A DNA stretch of 62,146 nt, filler included, from 4 parts of 4 records of this genome joined end to end with filler, not necessarily neighbours in it; one strand, 5' to 3'; counted from the whole stretch's first letter, positions 11,393-22,599 are shown. Notes: a model not told the origin generated them from the letters alone. Numbers and translations are program-made.

Positions 11393-12547
11393 ATGGTCGC
11401 AGGGATAGTAGAGCCTATGATGGCATCAGTTATTGTTAATGACACAACACTTCGAGATGGTGAACAAAGCCCTGGTGTGGCGTTCACCACGGAAGAAAAA
11501 GTGCATATTGCTCAGTTGCTTGAAATGGCAGGAGTGCCCGAACTGGAAGTGGGCATTCCTGCAATGGGCGCTGATGAACAATACACAATTAATGCGATTT
11601 GCTGTTCGTTGACCACAACCCGCACTATGGGTTGGTGTCGAATGCTGGAGCATGATGTCAATTGTGCTTCCAATATTGGCCTGAACTGGGTGGATCTATC
11701 CATCCCGGTTTCGGCTCAGCAAATGCGCAGTAAATTAAACCTCACCCCAAAAGCGTTGTTTAAACGCAGTGAAAACATCGTTAAGCAGGCTTTGGATTCA
11801 GGGTTAAATGTTTGTGTGGGAATGGAAGATGCTTCACGGGCTGACATGGATATGTTGTTCCGGGTTGCAGAAGTTGTCGAGCAGTGCGGTGCGAAACGCC
11901 TGCGTTTTGCCGATACCAACGGTATTTTAGATCCCTTTTCAACGTATCACGCTATCAGCCAGTTGCATGCTCATACTGATTTAGAAATCGAAATGCATGC
12001 GCATAACGACTTAGGCTTAGCGACGGCAAACTCGTTAGCTGCTATTCGAGCTGGTGCTGCGTCTATTAATACCACGGTGAATGGCTTGGGAGAGCGAGCT
12101 GGGAACGCCGCGTTGGAGGAAATTGCAGTGGCGCTGACGGTACTTCAGCAGTCGCCAACCAATATTGACTTACGCCAATTGCCGAATATTTGTAACTACG
12201 TTCACCTCGCTTCCGGACGCCCACAAACGGCGCAAAAAGCGATTACCGGAGATGTCGTGTTCACTCATGAATCTGGAATTCATGTTGATGGTTTATTGAA
12301 AGATATCAATAACTATCAGGGGTTCTCTCCGTCATTGATTGGCAGGGAGCATCAGTTTGTTTTAGGTAAACATTCCGGTGTGAATGCCATCATGCAGATA
12401 TATCGAGATTTAGGCTTTGTGCTAACAACGGATCAGTGTCAGGACATTCGTCAGCAGCTTCGAGTGTGGGCTGAGAGCAGAAAAGCCGTTCCGACAACGG
12501 ATGACTTATTAGGATTTGTCATGCAGTACCAGCAAGTTGCGATATGA
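11393..12547 (+). CDS. nifV: Homocitrate synthase
   Basis: [24 protein letters not shown] and HESGIH motifs in nif context. Confidence 0.95.
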   Translation: MVAGIVEPMMASVIVNDTTLRDGEQSPGVAFTTEEKVHIAQLLEMAGVPELEVGIPAMGADEQYTINAICCSLTTTRTMGWCRMLEHDVNCASNIGLNWVDLSIPVSAQQMRSKLNLTPKALFKRSENIVKQALDSGLNVCVGMEDASRADMDMLFRVAEVVEQCGAKRLRFADTNGILDPFSTYHAISQLHAHTDLEIEMHAHNDLGLATANSLAAIRAGAASINTTVNGLGERAGNAALEEIAVALTVLQQSPTNIDLRQLPNICNYVHLASGRPQTAQKAITGDVVFTHESGIHVDGLLKDINNYQGFSPSLIGREHQFVLGKHSGVNAIMQIYRDLGFVLTTDQCQDIRQQLRVWAESRKAVPTTDDLLGFVMQYQQVAI

Positions 12548-12561
12548 ATACGGAGAGAAGT

Positions 12562-12852
12562 ATGGAAATGGCTCAAGATATTGACTTTATGGAGCAACTT
12601 TCTGGGTTAGAAACCGCGGAAGATTTCTTAGATTTTTTCGCTGTCGAGTACGAAGAAGAGTTGGTTCAGCGTAAGCATATTCCTCTATTGCGCCTGTTTC
12701 AGAAACTATTGTCGTGCAAACCCAATGCGGATTACGCCACTTATCAAAAGTCACTGAATACAGCTTACAAGCAGATTCGCTTGGGCAATGAACCCATGCT
12801 TAGTGGTGGAGGCTGTTCGGGCTGTGCTGCGGATTGCAGCGACAAGCATTAA
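12562..12852 (+). CDS. nifW: Nitrogenase-stabilizing protein NifW
   Basis: LETAEDFLDFFAVEY motif; position between nifV and nifZ; start chosen after GGAG. Confidence 0.85.
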   Translation: MEMAQDIDFMEQLSGLETAEDFLDFFAVEYEEELVQRKHIPLLRLFQKLLSCKPNADYATYQKSLNTAYKQIRLGNEPMLSGGGCSGCAADCSDKH

Positions 12853-12887
12853 AGGTTGTTAATCGAAGCAACAGGGAGTCAATGGAT

Positions 12888-13343
12888 ATGGAAAATATTT
12901 CGGATACGGTACGTTTTGCTCCCGGCAGTGAAGTCAGAGTTGTACGCAACATTCGTAACGATGGCAGTTTTCACCAGCTTGAAAAAGGTGAGTTACTAGT
13001 GAAAGCGGGCAGTATTGGTATTGTTCGAACCTATGGTTACTTCTTACAAACGCAAATTATTTATCAGGTTTTTATTCCAGAGCACAACCGTGTCGTCGGT
13101 GTTCGAGACAGCGAAGTGATTGATGCAACTCTGGATTGGGTTCCCTGCCTGTTTCGTTCAATGGATAAAGCCAAGCTCACCTGTAGCCTGAAAATGTTCG
13201 GTGAACCTCTGGCGAGCAAAGGTGACGTGATTGAAGTTCACCGGGTATACCGAGATCTGGAAGATGGCACGCTCAGTTATGAAGTGATGTTTGGAGAGCA
13301 CATGGTGAAATTGGATTCCACCAGATTGGAGCCTGCGATTTAA
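12888..13343 (+). CDS. nifZ: NifZ P-cluster maturation protein
   Basis: VRVVRNIRNDG...GELLV...G.V...GYFLQ...YQV...VVG.R..E motif; start at 12882 or 12888. Confidence 0.92.
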   Translation: MENISDTVRFAPGSEVRVVRNIRNDGSFHQLEKGELLVKAGSIGIVRTYGYFLQTQIIYQVFIPEHNRVVGVRDSEVIDATLDWVPCLFRSMDKAKLTCSLKMFGEPLASKGDVIEVHRVYRDLEDGTLSYEVMFGEHMVKLDSTRLEPAI

Positions 13344-13358
13344 GTTCAGGAGAGAAGC

Positions 13359-14192
13359 ATGGAAGCTTATAAAAGAAATTATTTAACCGCAAAAATCGCC
13401 ACGGATATGTTCAAACTCAACCCAGAGTGGCTTTCAAGCATGCAAAGGGTAAAAGTGGATGAACAGGTTGAACGTTTATATCGAGTTCAGTCTGCAATTT
13501 TAGGTAGTGCAGAAGCCGCGTCTGTTTCTGTATCGCCAAAGGAAGTGGATGAAGCGTTTCATAAACTGGTTGACGGTTTTTCTTCCCGTGAAGAATTTGA
13601 TGCAACAATGAAAGGTCAGAATATAACGCCTGTGGAGCTGAAGTTAGTGCTGGCTGATGAACTCAAGTGCGACAAAGTGATGGAGTTGGTATCCAAAGAT
13701 TTTCCAGCATTGGATGCAAATCAGGCTCTGGAATATTACAAAACCCATCAGCAAGAGTTTTCACGCAGTAATGTGTGGGAAATGAGTCAAATACTGATCA
13801 CTGTGAATGATGAGTTTTCAGAAAACCACCGAGATGAAGCCTGGCGTCGTATCCACGATGTGAAATCTCAGTGTGAGTACACCGCTTTCGGAACTTTAGC
13901 GCTTAAATATTCTGAATGCCCGAGCGCGATGTCTAATGGATATTTAGGCTGGTGCGAAGAAACCAAACTATACCCACAAATCGCGGCATGCTTGATTGAT
14001 TTAGAAAAAGGGGATGTAAGTGAAGTGATAGAAACAGAGCTGGGTTTTCATCTGGTTCGAGTTCATCAGCACAAAGCGGCTAGGACGGCCAGCTTCGAAG
14101 AAGCTTACCCATTTTTGCAACGCAAGCATGAACAGCGTGCGCGTCAATATCTGCAAAAACAATGGATAAGCCAATTGCTCCACGTTTATTAA
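13359..14192 (+). CDS. nifM: NifM, PpiC-type peptidyl-prolyl isomerase
   Basis: ILIT, LALKYSECPS..GYLG and ETELGFHL parvulin motifs; follows nifZ. Confidence 0.9.
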   Translation: MEAYKRNYLTAKIATDMFKLNPEWLSSMQRVKVDEQVERLYRVQSAILGSAEAASVSVSPKEVDEAFHKLVDGFSSREEFDATMKGQNITPVELKLVLADELKCDKVMELVSKDFPALDANQALEYYKTHQQEFSRSNVWEMSQILITVNDEFSENHRDEAWRRIHDVKSQCEYTAFGTLALKYSECPSAMSNGYLGWCEETKLYPQIAACLIDLEKGDVSEVIETELGFHLVRVHQHKAARTASFEEAYPFLQRKHEQRARQYLQKQWISQLLHVY

Positions 14193-14222
14193 AGGCAAAT
14201 CCTTGAAAGGTAAGGAAGCACT

Positions 14223-14963
14223 ATGAAAGGATTCTATCGTTTTGCTGTCGTTGTTGGTTTCATCATAGCTTCGTTTGGTTCTTATGCAGAAGACGCCACC
14301 ATAGCGGTAGCAAATAATTTTTACGGACCGGTACAAGTTTTGGTGGAAGATTTCGCGCAAGTATCAGGTTTTCACCTCGCTGTCAGCACGGGTTCTACCG
14401 GGCAACTTTACGCGCAGATTATCAATGGCGCTCCGTTTGATTTGTTTCTTGCCGCAGACACCAAACGCCCGACTAAATTAGTTGATGAAGGATTCGGTTT
14501 CGATCAGTTTATTTATGCCAAAGGCTTGTTAGTACTGTGGTCTAAAACGGCTGATTATGATGTTAAACAGCACATGCTACTGGGCGATTACAATCACTTT
14601 GCAATTGCCGATCCGAAGCTTGCACCTTATGGCCTCGCCGCTCAGCAAGCTCTGACGAAAATGGAATTGTGGGACAGCATGACACCCAAAATGGTTATGG
14701 GTAAGGGATTAAATCCAACCTATCAATTTCTGGTGACTGGCAATGCTCAGTTGGGTATGGTGGCGAAATCTCAAGTGTTTAAAAACGGGCAGTACATTGG
14801 AGGCTCTGTCTGGGAAGTGCCAGTGACGGATTATGCTCCGATAGAGCAAGCCGCAGTGACGCTGAAATCAGGCGTCGATAATGCAGCGATAAAAGCGTTT
14901 TTGGCGTATTACTCCACGGCTCGTGCGCAGAAAATCGTATCTAGCTTCGGTTACTTACAGTAA
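14223..14963 (+). CDS. modA: Molybdate ABC transporter periplasmic binding protein
   Basis: Signal peptide; AVANNF, GSTGQL, GAPFDLF and DPKLAPYG motifs. Confidence 0.95.
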   Translation: MKGFYRFAVVVGFIIASFGSYAEDATIAVANNFYGPVQVLVEDFAQVSGFHLAVSTGSTGQLYAQIINGAPFDLFLAADTKRPTKLVDEGFGFDQFIYAKGLLVLWSKTADYDVKQHMLLGDYNHFAIADPKLAPYGLAAQQALTKMELWDSMTPKMVMGKGLNPTYQFLVTGNAQLGMVAKSQVFKNGQYIGGSVWEVPVTDYAPIEQAAVTLKSGVDNAAIKAFLAYYSTARAQKIVSSFGYLQ

Positions 14964-14981
14964 CTGAGCGAGGGAAGAGTT

Positions 14982-15659
14982 ATGTTGGTCGTTGATACCG
15001 TCGTTATCACAACAACTCTCAAACTGGCGTTTGTCGTTATGGTGGCATTGCTGCTGATTGGCGTTCCTATCGCTTGGTGGCTTTGTCACTCTCGGTCAAA
15101 AATTAAAGGTGTGGTAGAAGCGGTTTTACTTCTGCCATTGGTGCTTCCTCCTACCGTTCTTGGCTTTTACTTATTGTTATTGTTGGGCCCAATGGGATGG
15201 GTAGGAAGAACGTTAGATCAACTGGGTATTTCCCAGCTTCCGTTCACTTTCTCTGGTATTGCCATTGCCTGTACTTTGCATTCTTTCCCGTTTGTCATTC
15301 AGCCGCTGAAAAATGCGTTTATGGCAATTGGTCGCAGGCCAATAGAAGTGGCAGCAACGCTCAGAGCGTCACCCATAGATACTTTTTTTAATGTGACTCT
15401 GCCTCTTGCTTGGCCAGGTGTGTTTTCTGCCGCGATTATGGGTTTTTGTCATACTCTGGGTGAGTTTGGTGTGGTGTTGATGATCGGTGGCAACATACCG
15501 GGTCAGACTCGTGTTATGTCGGTAGAAATCTATAACAATGTTGAGGCACTGGAATACCTCAATGCACATGTTTTATCTGGCGGGCTGGTGGCCTTCTCAT
15601 TTGTCGCATTGCTTTTGATTCACTGGCTAAATCAAAAACATCAGCAACGTTTGGGGTAA
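14982..15659 (+). CDS. modB: Molybdate ABC transporter permease
   Basis: LPLVLPPTVLGFYLL and HTLGEFGVVLMIGGNIPG motifs. Confidence 0.95.
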   Translation: MLVVDTVVITTTLKLAFVVMVALLLIGVPIAWWLCHSRSKIKGVVEAVLLLPLVLPPTVLGFYLLLLLGPMGWVGRTLDQLGISQLPFTFSGIAIACTLHSFPFVIQPLKNAFMAIGRRPIEVAATLRASPIDTFFNVTLPLAWPGVFSAAIMGFCHTLGEFGVVLMIGGNIPGQTRVMSVEIYNNVEALEYLNAHVLSGGLVAFSFVALLLIHWLNQKHQQRLG

Positions 15660-15665
15660 TCGGCT

Positions 15666-16745
15666 ATGTCACAAATTACCGCACAACTCAGTATTCGTTA
15701 TGATGATTTTAGTTTAGACGCGGATCTGTCTCTTCCTGCTCGTGGTATTACGGTTTTCTTTGGTCATTCTGGCTGTGGGAAAACCACCTGCTTACGAGCG
15801 ATCGCTGGGCTGGCGAAACTCGAACAAGGGGAAGTTTCGGTTGCGGGGGAAGTGTGGCAAAGCAGCCAGTCTAAGGTGTTTCTGCCGACTTATAAGCGTG
15901 ATTTGGGCTATGTGTTTCAGGAGCCAGGGCTTTTCCCTCACCTTACTGTGGAAACGAATCTGCAATTTGGTGCGAAACGCATCGCCGCTGACAAACGTCA
16001 CGTGCAAGCCGAAGAAATAATAGATCTTCTAGGTATTCAACCGCTGTTAAAACGTTATCCGGCCCAATTGTCTGGTGGTGAAAAGCAACGAGTTGCGATT
16101 GCTCGTGCTTTGCTGACCAGTCCTAAATTACTGTTGATGGATGAGCCGTTGTCTGCACTTGATCAACCTAGAAAACAGGAGTTTTTGCCGTACCTTGAGC
16201 GATTGCATCGGGAACTGGATCTTCCAATTTTGTATGTGACGCACTCAATGCAGGAGCTGGCTCGTTTAGCAGATCATATTGTGTTGTTCGACAAAGGAGC
16301 CATCATTGCGAGCGGTGAAGCTCATACCATTATGTCAGATCCTCAATTTGACGCACTGTTTGGCGATGAAATTGGTAGCGTGTTCGACACTAGCGTTGTT
16401 GCTATGCATGAAAACCAGATGACGGAACTTGATTGCGACGGTCTCTCTATTTGGGCTGTGGGTTATATCGCGGACCACGGCGTAAAATATCGCTGCCGCA
16501 TTCTTGCTTCCGATGTCGGTTTATCTCTCGAGGAACCGAAGTTTTCAACCGTGTTAAACCGTTTCCCTGCCACTATTATCGATATTCAAAGCACCTTAGC
16601 CGAGGATGGTCAGGCTCTCGTGGTTCTTGAACTGGAAAACCACCAACGTTTACTGTCTAAAATCACCCTCAAATCGCTTTATGAGCTGAATCTGTTTGAA
16701 GGTTTGAAAGTCTGGGCTCTGGTTAAATCGGTGGCACTGTCTTAA
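15666..16745 (+). CDS. modC: Molybdate ABC transporter ATPase
   Basis: GHSGCGKT, LSGGEKQR and LLLMDEP motifs; C-terminal TOBE/mop ending VKSVAL. Confidence 0.95.
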   Translation: MSQITAQLSIRYDDFSLDADLSLPARGITVFFGHSGCGKTTCLRAIAGLAKLEQGEVSVAGEVWQSSQSKVFLPTYKRDLGYVFQEPGLFPHLTVETNLQFGAKRIAADKRHVQAEEIIDLLGIQPLLKRYPAQLSGGEKQRVAIARALLTSPKLLLMDEPLSALDQPRKQEFLPYLERLHRELDLPILYVTHSMQELARLADHIVLFDKGAIIASGEAHTIMSDPQFDALFGDEIGSVFDTSVVAMHENQMTELDCDGLSIWAVGYIADHGVKYRCRILASDVGLSLEEPKFSTVLNRFPATIIDIQSTLAEDGQALVVLELENHQRLLSKITLKSLYELNLFEGLKVWALVKSVALS

Positions 16746-16820
16746 AAACAAATCCTCTCCGTCGCGATATTTTGGCTTCAGTTTTGTGTGACGGCATAGC
16801 TGCAAAATGTTAGTTTTCGT

Positions 16821-17708
16821 ATGGTTCATTCTAAATATGCAAAATTGCATTCTGGGCTCATGATAGACGACGAAAACAAACCTAAATATCAAATACGAAA
16901 GGCAAAGGACTTTGATACTGTCTATCGCAGTGCAAAGTGGCATGTGTTTGAAAGCAATCAGGCGTTTTTCTTGACCGAAGCTGAACTCAGAACCCGTTTG
17001 GAACGTAAAACAGACGTGGTTGAATGGATCGATCAGGCAATCGAAAAGCTCAAACAATATAACTATGTGAAAAGCGATACAGACTTTGCCGATGACTTCA
17101 TCGAAAAGGCGTATTTTGGTGACTATGGATCTGGCTATATTCAGCAAACATTGCAAAAAAAAGGGCTGGATAGAAAGTTGATTGCCAGCCGAATCAATGC
17201 CTTTAAAGCGGAGCGTCACATCGATGAGCTGGAGATCCTGATTAACTACGTTAACAGCTACTATCAAGTCTTCGGTAACAACACTAAAGAGAAATTGGTG
17301 ACGCGACTCACTAAGCGTGGATTCACCCAATCCCAAGCCGATCAGGCCATTAAACAACATGCGGATTATTCCAATCTGAAAACTAATATTCAGCTCAAAG
17401 CTGAAAAGACAGATGTGGAAAAAGAGCTGATAAAAATGGCTCGAAAGGGGAAAGGGTTAAAAGCAATTAAAGCGACATTGCAAGCCAAGCAGGTGGATAC
17501 CAGTGGTATCAATGAACTGGCCGAAAAGCTGGCGATGGAAGAAACCATTGATTTTTATACTTCATGCATAGAAGTTCTGCATAAAAAAGACTACGACTTA
17601 TCTGATTTTAAACAACGATCAAAAGCTTACGCCTTTTTAGCTCAGAGAGGTTTTGACTCTGAGCAGATTAAATTCGCAATATCTGAGTGTGAACAAAAAG
17701 ACGAATAA
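16821..17708 (+). CDS. RecX-family protein, long form
   Basis: Repeated RecX helix-bundle motifs (ELRTRL, DTDFA, G.GYIQQTLQKKG, RLTKRGF, KAYAFLAQRGF); start may be 16860. Confidence 0.7.
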   Translation: MVHSKYAKLHSGLMIDDENKPKYQIRKAKDFDTVYRSAKWHVFESNQAFFLTEAELRTRLERKTDVVEWIDQAIEKLKQYNYVKSDTDFADDFIEKAYFGDYGSGYIQQTLQKKGLDRKLIASRINAFKAERHIDELEILINYVNSYYQVFGNNTKEKLVTRLTKRGFTQSQADQAIKQHADYSNLKTNIQLKAEKTDVEKELIKMARKGKGLKAIKATLQAKQVDTSGINELAEKLAMEETIDFYTSCIEVLHKKDYDLSDFKQRSKAYAFLAQRGFDSEQIKFAISECEQKDE

Positions 17709-17723
17709 TTCCCTCAACAGTCC

Positions 17724-18572
17724 TTAAAGTATCTGACGAATATCGGAAGAGATATCGCTGATCATCTGCCGTGCAGATTCATCTCTTAGCTGAACAAGAG
17801 AGATAAACAACAGGTCGGTGATAACGTTCTGTGCACTGCGTGAAGCGATGGATGAACTGCGGTTCTCTACTTCGTCAGCAATGGTATCAAACGTCATGTC
17901 GGCGATTTGTCGTAAACGGCTTTTGTTCGGCGAGCTCAAAGCAATCACTTTTGCCCCTTGTTCTTTGGCTGCTTCTGCCGCGACCAGAATCTCTTTTCTC
18001 TCGCCTGAAAATGAAATGGATATCTGAACGTCACGTTCGGTTAGCGTTCGGGCAACGGCGATTTGGACGTGACTGTCTTGCTCTGTCAGGGCTGTAATGC
18101 CCAGTTTCAGTAACTTGTAGCCGAGATCTTTAGCGGTTAGCGCTGAACCACCGATTCCGACTATCTGTACTGTTCTGGCTTTGTTTAACCACTGTATTGC
18201 CTGATTGCACTCTTCAAATGACAAAGCGTTAGTGGTTTGAAACATCGCTTCCGTCTTAGCCTTGAGCAGTTTCTGCGCGATAACGGCGATAGGATCATCC
18301 GCAAAAATACCGCTGTGCAGTGGCGCAGATTCTATGGCTTGTTTTCGGCCAATGTCTTCTGATAGTGCCAGCTTAAATTCGCTGTAGCCTTTAAACCCTA
18401 AACGCTGAGTAAACTTTACTATCGTCGATTGACTGACCTGAGCTTCACAGGCGAGCTCCTGACTGGTCATATACGCCGCCTGAGCCGCATTCTCCATAAT
18501 CCAGTCTGCGACCTGTCGGCCGCTTTGTGATAGCTGGGTGCGTCGGGCAAGAATTTTGTTGGTTACAGTCAT
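17724..18572 (-). CDS. murR: RpiR/MurR family regulator (HTH + SIS)
   Basis: VSQSTIVKF..LGFKGY HTH plus SIS domain; divergent from murQP. Confidence 0.88.
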   Translation of the reverse strand: MTVTNKILARRTQLSQSGRQVADWIMENAAQAAYMTSQELACEAQVSQSTIVKFTQRLGFKGYSEFKLALSEDIGRKQAIESAPLHSGIFADDPIAVIAQKLLKAKTEAMFQTTNALSFEECNQAIQWLNKARTVQIVGIGGSALTAKDLGYKLLKLGITALTEQDSHVQIAVARTLTERDVQISISFSGERKEILVAAEAAKEQGAKVIALSSPNKSRLRQIADMTFDTIADEVENRSSSIASRSAQNVITDLLFISLVQLRDESARQMISDISSDIRQIL

Positions 18573-18591
18573 TAATTAATTTTCCATTTTT

Positions 18592-18771
18592 AGAATAAAC
18601 TATTCCAAATGAGAAATAATTTCATATTAACTTTAACTTAATGAAATTATTTAAATAAATATCTTTTTGGCTATCGGGTTAAATTTTTAAACACGAATTA
18701 TTCCATATTTTAAGCGGTCAAAGAATAACCTTAATTGTGATTTTTGTCACCCAAAAGGAATATTTTATTCC
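18592..18771. promoter_or_regulatory. Candidate MurR operators and a CRP site in the murR-murQ intergenic region
   Basis: GGAATA-TTT-TATTCC (18757-18771), AGAATA-AAC-TATTCC (18592-18606), half site at 18699-18704; CRP-like TGTGA-N6-TCACC at 18736-18751. Confidence 0.6.
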
Positions 18772-18811
18772 ATAGAATCGCACTCAATGAAACAGGCCGA
18801 GAAGTTTAGAA

Positions 18812-19714
18812 ATGAAGATTGATTTAAGTCGCTTAACCACAGAAAGTCGCAACCCTGCTAGTGCAGAGATAGATACGCTTTCCACAACTGAAATGCTGAA
18901 GGTGATTAACTCTGAAGATCAGAAAGTCGCACTAGCCGTTGAAGCGGTACTCCCTCAGATCGCTCAGGCAGTGGATGCGATTACGGATGCATTCGCACAG
19001 GGTGGGCGTTTGATTTATATGGGGGCAGGCACTTCAGGACGTTTAGGTATTTTAGATGCTAGTGAGTGTCCGCCAACTTACGGTAGCTCTCCGGATTTAG
19101 TGGTGGGTTTAATTGCTGGTGGTCATCAGGCGATCCTGAAAGCGGTTGAGAATGCCGAAGATAACCGTGAATTGGCTCAAAGCGATCTACAAAGCCTGAG
19201 CCTGACGGATAAAGATGTTGTGGTTGGTATCGCTGCCAGTGGCCGTACCCCTTATGTACTAGGTGGTTTGGAATACGCGACTCAAGTTGGTGCTACAACG
19301 GTTTCTGTTGCCTGTAATCCAGCATGTCCAATGGCCGATGCTTCACAAATCGCGATTCTTCCTGTTGTTGGTCCTGAAGTGGTGACCGGTTCATCGCGTA
19401 TGAAAGCAGGCACGGCGCAGAAACTGGTTCTTAATATGCTGACTACTGGAGCGATGATTCGTAGCGGTAAAGTCTTTGGCAACTTGATGGTGGATGTTGA
19501 AGCGACGAACGCCAAGTTAATCCAGCGTCAAACCAATATTGTTGTAGAAGCAACGGATGCTTCGCCTGAAGAAGCAGAGCTGGCACTGAATGCCTGTGAC
19601 CGTCACTGTAAAACGGCAATATTGATGATTCTTTCTGGGCTGGAAGCCGAACAGGCGAAAGCGAAACTTCAGCAGCATAACGGTTTTATTCGCGCTGCAC
19701 TTAACGACAAATAA
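18812..19714 (+). CDS. murQ: N-acetylmuramic acid 6-phosphate etherase
   Basis: [36 protein letters not shown] and NLMVDV motifs. Confidence 0.97.
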   Translation: MKIDLSRLTTESRNPASAEIDTLSTTEMLKVINSEDQKVALAVEAVLPQIAQAVDAITDAFAQGGRLIYMGAGTSGRLGILDASECPPTYGSSPDLVVGLIAGGHQAILKAVENAEDNRELAQSDLQSLSLTDKDVVVGIAASGRTPYVLGGLEYATQVGATTVSVACNPACPMADASQIAILPVVGPEVVTGSSRMKAGTAQKLVLNMLTTGAMIRSGKVFGNLMVDVEATNAKLIQRQTNIVVEATDASPEEAELALNACDRHCKTAILMILSGLEAEQAKAKLQQHNGFIRAALNDK

Positions 19715-19734
19715 TTGCTGATTAAGGACATGTT

Positions 19735-21183
19735 ATGGCAAAGATAACCCAAACTATGATTTCGCAGATTTTGTCTGCGGTTGGTGGTAGCAGTAATGTC
19801 AGCAAGTGCGGCAACTGTATGACCCGCCTGCGTTTAACTCTGGCTAATAACACGGTGGCAGAGCAGGCAACGATTAAGCAAATTCCCGGCGTTCTGGGTG
19901 TTGTAGAAAGTGATGAGCAGTTCCAGATCATTCTTGGTCCGGGTAAAGCTCAACAGGCTGCGGACTTGATGAATCAGTTAATTGACAGCATTGTGGGTGG
20001 TGACAGTGAAGAGGCCCCATCACAAGATCTATCCTCCGTTGCCGCAGAGCAGAAAAAACAAGTTAAGAGTAAACAGACCAGCGCAGTTCAACGTTTTTTA
20101 AGCAAATTTGCTACCATTTTCACTCCGCTGATCCCTGGTTTTATCGCAGCAGGTTTGTTGCTAGGCTTTGCGACACTGTTGGAGCAAATCTTTATTATCG
20201 GTCAGGAACCAAGTCAGTTTATGGTTGATCTGGTGGCTTACATGAAAGTCTTTGGTAAAGGCTTGTTTGCCTTCCTGAGCATTCTGATTGGCTATAACGC
20301 TCAACAGGCATTTGGTGGCTCTGGTGTCAACGGTGCGATTCTCGCGTCGCTGTTTGTGTTGGGTTATAACCCAGACGCGACTTCCGGTATTTATTCAGGA
20401 ATGAGCGAATTCTTTGGCTACACCATCGACCCGCGAGGCAACATTATCGGGGTACTTTTAGCGGCGATTATTGGTGCACAAGTAGAGCGTAGAGTTCGTC
20501 GTTACATGCCTGATGATTTGGATATGATTTTGACTTCTGTTGTGACCCTTCTGATTATGGGGGTTGTAACGTTTGTGGTTATCATGCCTATCGGTGGCGA
20601 GCTATTTAAAGGTATGTCTTGGTTATTCCTCAACCTGAATGACAACCCATTAGGTGCGGCAATTCTGGCGGGTTTGTTCCTGATTTCGGTTGTATTTGGC
20701 ATTCACCAGGGCTTCGTACCGGTATATTTCGCGCTGATGGAAGCGCAAGGTTTTAACTCTCTGTTCCCGATTCTGGCGATGGCTGGTGGTGGTCAGGTCG
20801 GTGCGGCAATGGCTCTTTATTTCAGAGCGAAGAAAGAAGCTGTTCTGCGTACACAAATTAGAGGTGCAATCATTCCGGGTATTTTGGGTATCGGTGAACC
20901 GCTGATTTATGGTGTAACTCTGCCTCGTGTTAAACCATTTGTGACCGCGTGTATTGGTGGTGCTGCGGGTGGTTTCTTTATCGGTCTGGTTTCTTACCTT
21001 GGTTTACCTGTGGGCTTGAATACGGTATTTGGGCCATCCGGTATTGTTGCGATTCCTTTGATGACGTCTCATCACGGTATTTTCACTGGTATGTTGGTGT
21101 TCGTAACAGGTTTGATTATTTCTTACATTGTCGGATTCTTAACCACTTACTTCTTCGGTAGTAAAGACATTGATTTAAGCTAA
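19735..21183 (+). CDS. murP: PTS MurNAc EIIBC component
   Basis: [24 protein letters not shown]; operonic with murQ. Confidence 0.93.
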   Translation: MAKITQTMISQILSAVGGSSNVSKCGNCMTRLRLTLANNTVAEQATIKQIPGVLGVVESDEQFQIILGPGKAQQAADLMNQLIDSIVGGDSEEAPSQDLSSVAAEQKKQVKSKQTSAVQRFLSKFATIFTPLIPGFIAAGLLLGFATLLEQIFIIGQEPSQFMVDLVAYMKVFGKGLFAFLSILIGYNAQQAFGGSGVNGAILASLFVLGYNPDATSGIYSGMSEFFGYTIDPRGNIIGVLLAAIIGAQVERRVRRYMPDDLDMILTSVVTLLIMGVVTFVVIMPIGGELFKGMSWLFLNLNDNPLGAAILAGLFLISVVFGIHQGFVPVYFALMEAQGFNSLFPILAMAGGGQVGAAMALYFRAKKEAVLRTQIRGAIIPGILGIGEPLIYGVTLPRVKPFVTACIGGAAGGFFIGLVSYLGLPVGLNTVFGPSGIVAIPLMTSHHGIFTGMLVFVTGLIISYIVGFLTTYFFGSKDIDLS

Positions 21184-21213
21184 TTCATTCTTTCCCCTAT
21201 AGGAATGAGTAAC

Positions 21214-21244
21214 AGCGCCTTTGAGTAATCAAAGGCGCTTTTTT
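21214..21244 (+). terminator. Terminator of murQP
   Basis: AGCGCCTTTGA-gtaa-TCAAAGGCGCT then TTTTT. Confidence 0.8.
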
Positions 21245-21257
21245 AATAGAGCCTGAA

Positions 21258-21287
21258 ACAAAAATAGGCGGGAGAACCCGCCTATTT
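21258..21287 (-). terminator. Terminator of pyrC
   Basis: AAATAGGCGGG-agaa-CCCGCCTATTT with an A-run on the left side (U-tract on the minus strand). Confidence 0.7.
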
Positions 21288-21335
21288 AAATTGATGAGTA
21301 AGTAACCACTTACCTTGTTGTGAAGTGGATATGGA

Positions 21336-22364
21336 TTACTTCACTTGCCATTGAATAGATTCACCAGCGCGAATCGGAACGACGGTTTGAGAACCGAACG
21401 GCATTGTTGCTGGTACATCCCATGACTCTTTTGCAAGTGTCACTGTGTCTGTGTTGCGCGGAATACCGTAGAAGTCTGGACCATTGTGGCTGGCAAACGC
21501 TTCCAGATTTTCCAGTTTACCTTCTTGCTCGAACACTTCCGCGTATAGCTCAAGGGCTGCATGCGCTGTGTATGAACCCGCACAGCCACAAGCAGCTTCT
21601 TTCATGCCTTTAGCGTGTGGCGCTGAATCTGTACCCAGGAAGAACTTTTTGTTGCCAGAGGTTGCTGCTGCAACTAGCGCGTGTTGGTGTGTTGCGCGTT
21701 TTAGAATGGGTAAACAGAACAGATGAGGACGAATACCACCAACCAACATGTGGTTGCGGTTAAACAGCAAGTGGTGCGCTGTGATGGTCGCTGCTACGTT
21801 GTCTGAAGCGTTCTTTACAAACGTCACTGCTTCCGCTGTTGTGATGTGCTCTAAAACAATTTTTAGTTCAGGGAAATCATTCACGATTGGTGCAAGAACG
21901 GTGTCTAAGAAGGTTTTTTCACGATCGAAAATGTCAATTTCGTTAGTGGTTACTTCGCCGTGAACTAACAGTAGCATGCCTTCTTCCTGCATTGCTTTTA
22001 GCACGTGGTAAATGTTCTTGGCGTTGGTGACACCAGAATCTGAGTTGGTTGTTGCACCCGCTGGGTACAGTTTAGCGGCAACAACAGCTCCAGATGCTTT
22101 TGCTTCACGAATGTCTTCTGCGGTGGTGTTGTCAGTCAGGTATAGAGACATTAATGGCTGGAAGTTCGCTTGTGGATTTTGAGCCATGATACGTTCACGG
22201 TATGCCAGTGCCATTTCGGTATTGGTTACGGGTGGGACGGTATTTGGCATGATTAGCGCGCGTCCGTTATAGCGGCTGATGTCACGTACGGTATCTGCGA
22301 GAACTTCGCCATCGCGAAGGTGAACGTGCCAGTCGTCAGGACGAGTGATCGTAAGTTTTGTCAT
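21336..22364 (-). CDS. pyrC: Dihydroorotase (type II)
   Basis: [22 protein letters not shown] and FLGTDSAPH motifs; start set at MTKLTI after GGGAG. Confidence 0.97.
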   Translation of the reverse strand: MTKLTITRPDDWHVHLRDGEVLADTVRDISRYNGRALIMPNTVPPVTNTEMALAYRERIMAQNPQANFQPLMSLYLTDNTTAEDIREAKASGAVVAAKLYPAGATTNSDSGVTNAKNIYHVLKAMQEEGMLLLVHGEVTTNEIDIFDREKTFLDTVLAPIVNDFPELKIVLEHITTAEAVTFVKNASDNVAATITAHHLLFNRNHMLVGGIRPHLFCLPILKRATHQHALVAAATSGNKKFFLGTDSAPHAKGMKEAACGCAGSYTAHAALELYAEVFEQEGKLENLEAFASHNGPDFYGIPRNTDTVTLAKESWDVPATMPFGSQTVVPIRAGESIQWQVK

Positions 22365-22421
22365 GAAATGCTCCCACCATGAAGTCGTTGAATGATTGGA
22401 GCCTAACCAGAGTTTTGCATG

Positions 22422-22437
22422 ACGCAAACGGTTCCGT
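22422..22437. promoter_or_regulatory. PurR box upstream of pyrC
   Basis: ACGCAAACGGTTCCGT versus the PurR consensus ACGCAAACGTTTGCGT; pyrC is a known PurR target in enterobacteria. Confidence 0.7.
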
Positions 22438-22599
22438 TTAGGCGACAGGATGATAGAGTAATTGGCTTCTCATTTCATCTTTTTATTTGTTTTTCTGCTC
22501 GTTTTGATAATTTTATTCTGTCCAACTGATTGAAACTGATACGGGTTTATGTCATTCATAGTTTTATTATTTTAAATATAGTGCTAAAGGATATTTGCC

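Noticed and set aside
16650-17360. 236-aa minus-strand ORF (similar cases at 26003-26593, 39575-40216 and 50636-51343)
   Set aside because: They overlap real genes on the opposite strand and have no family signature.
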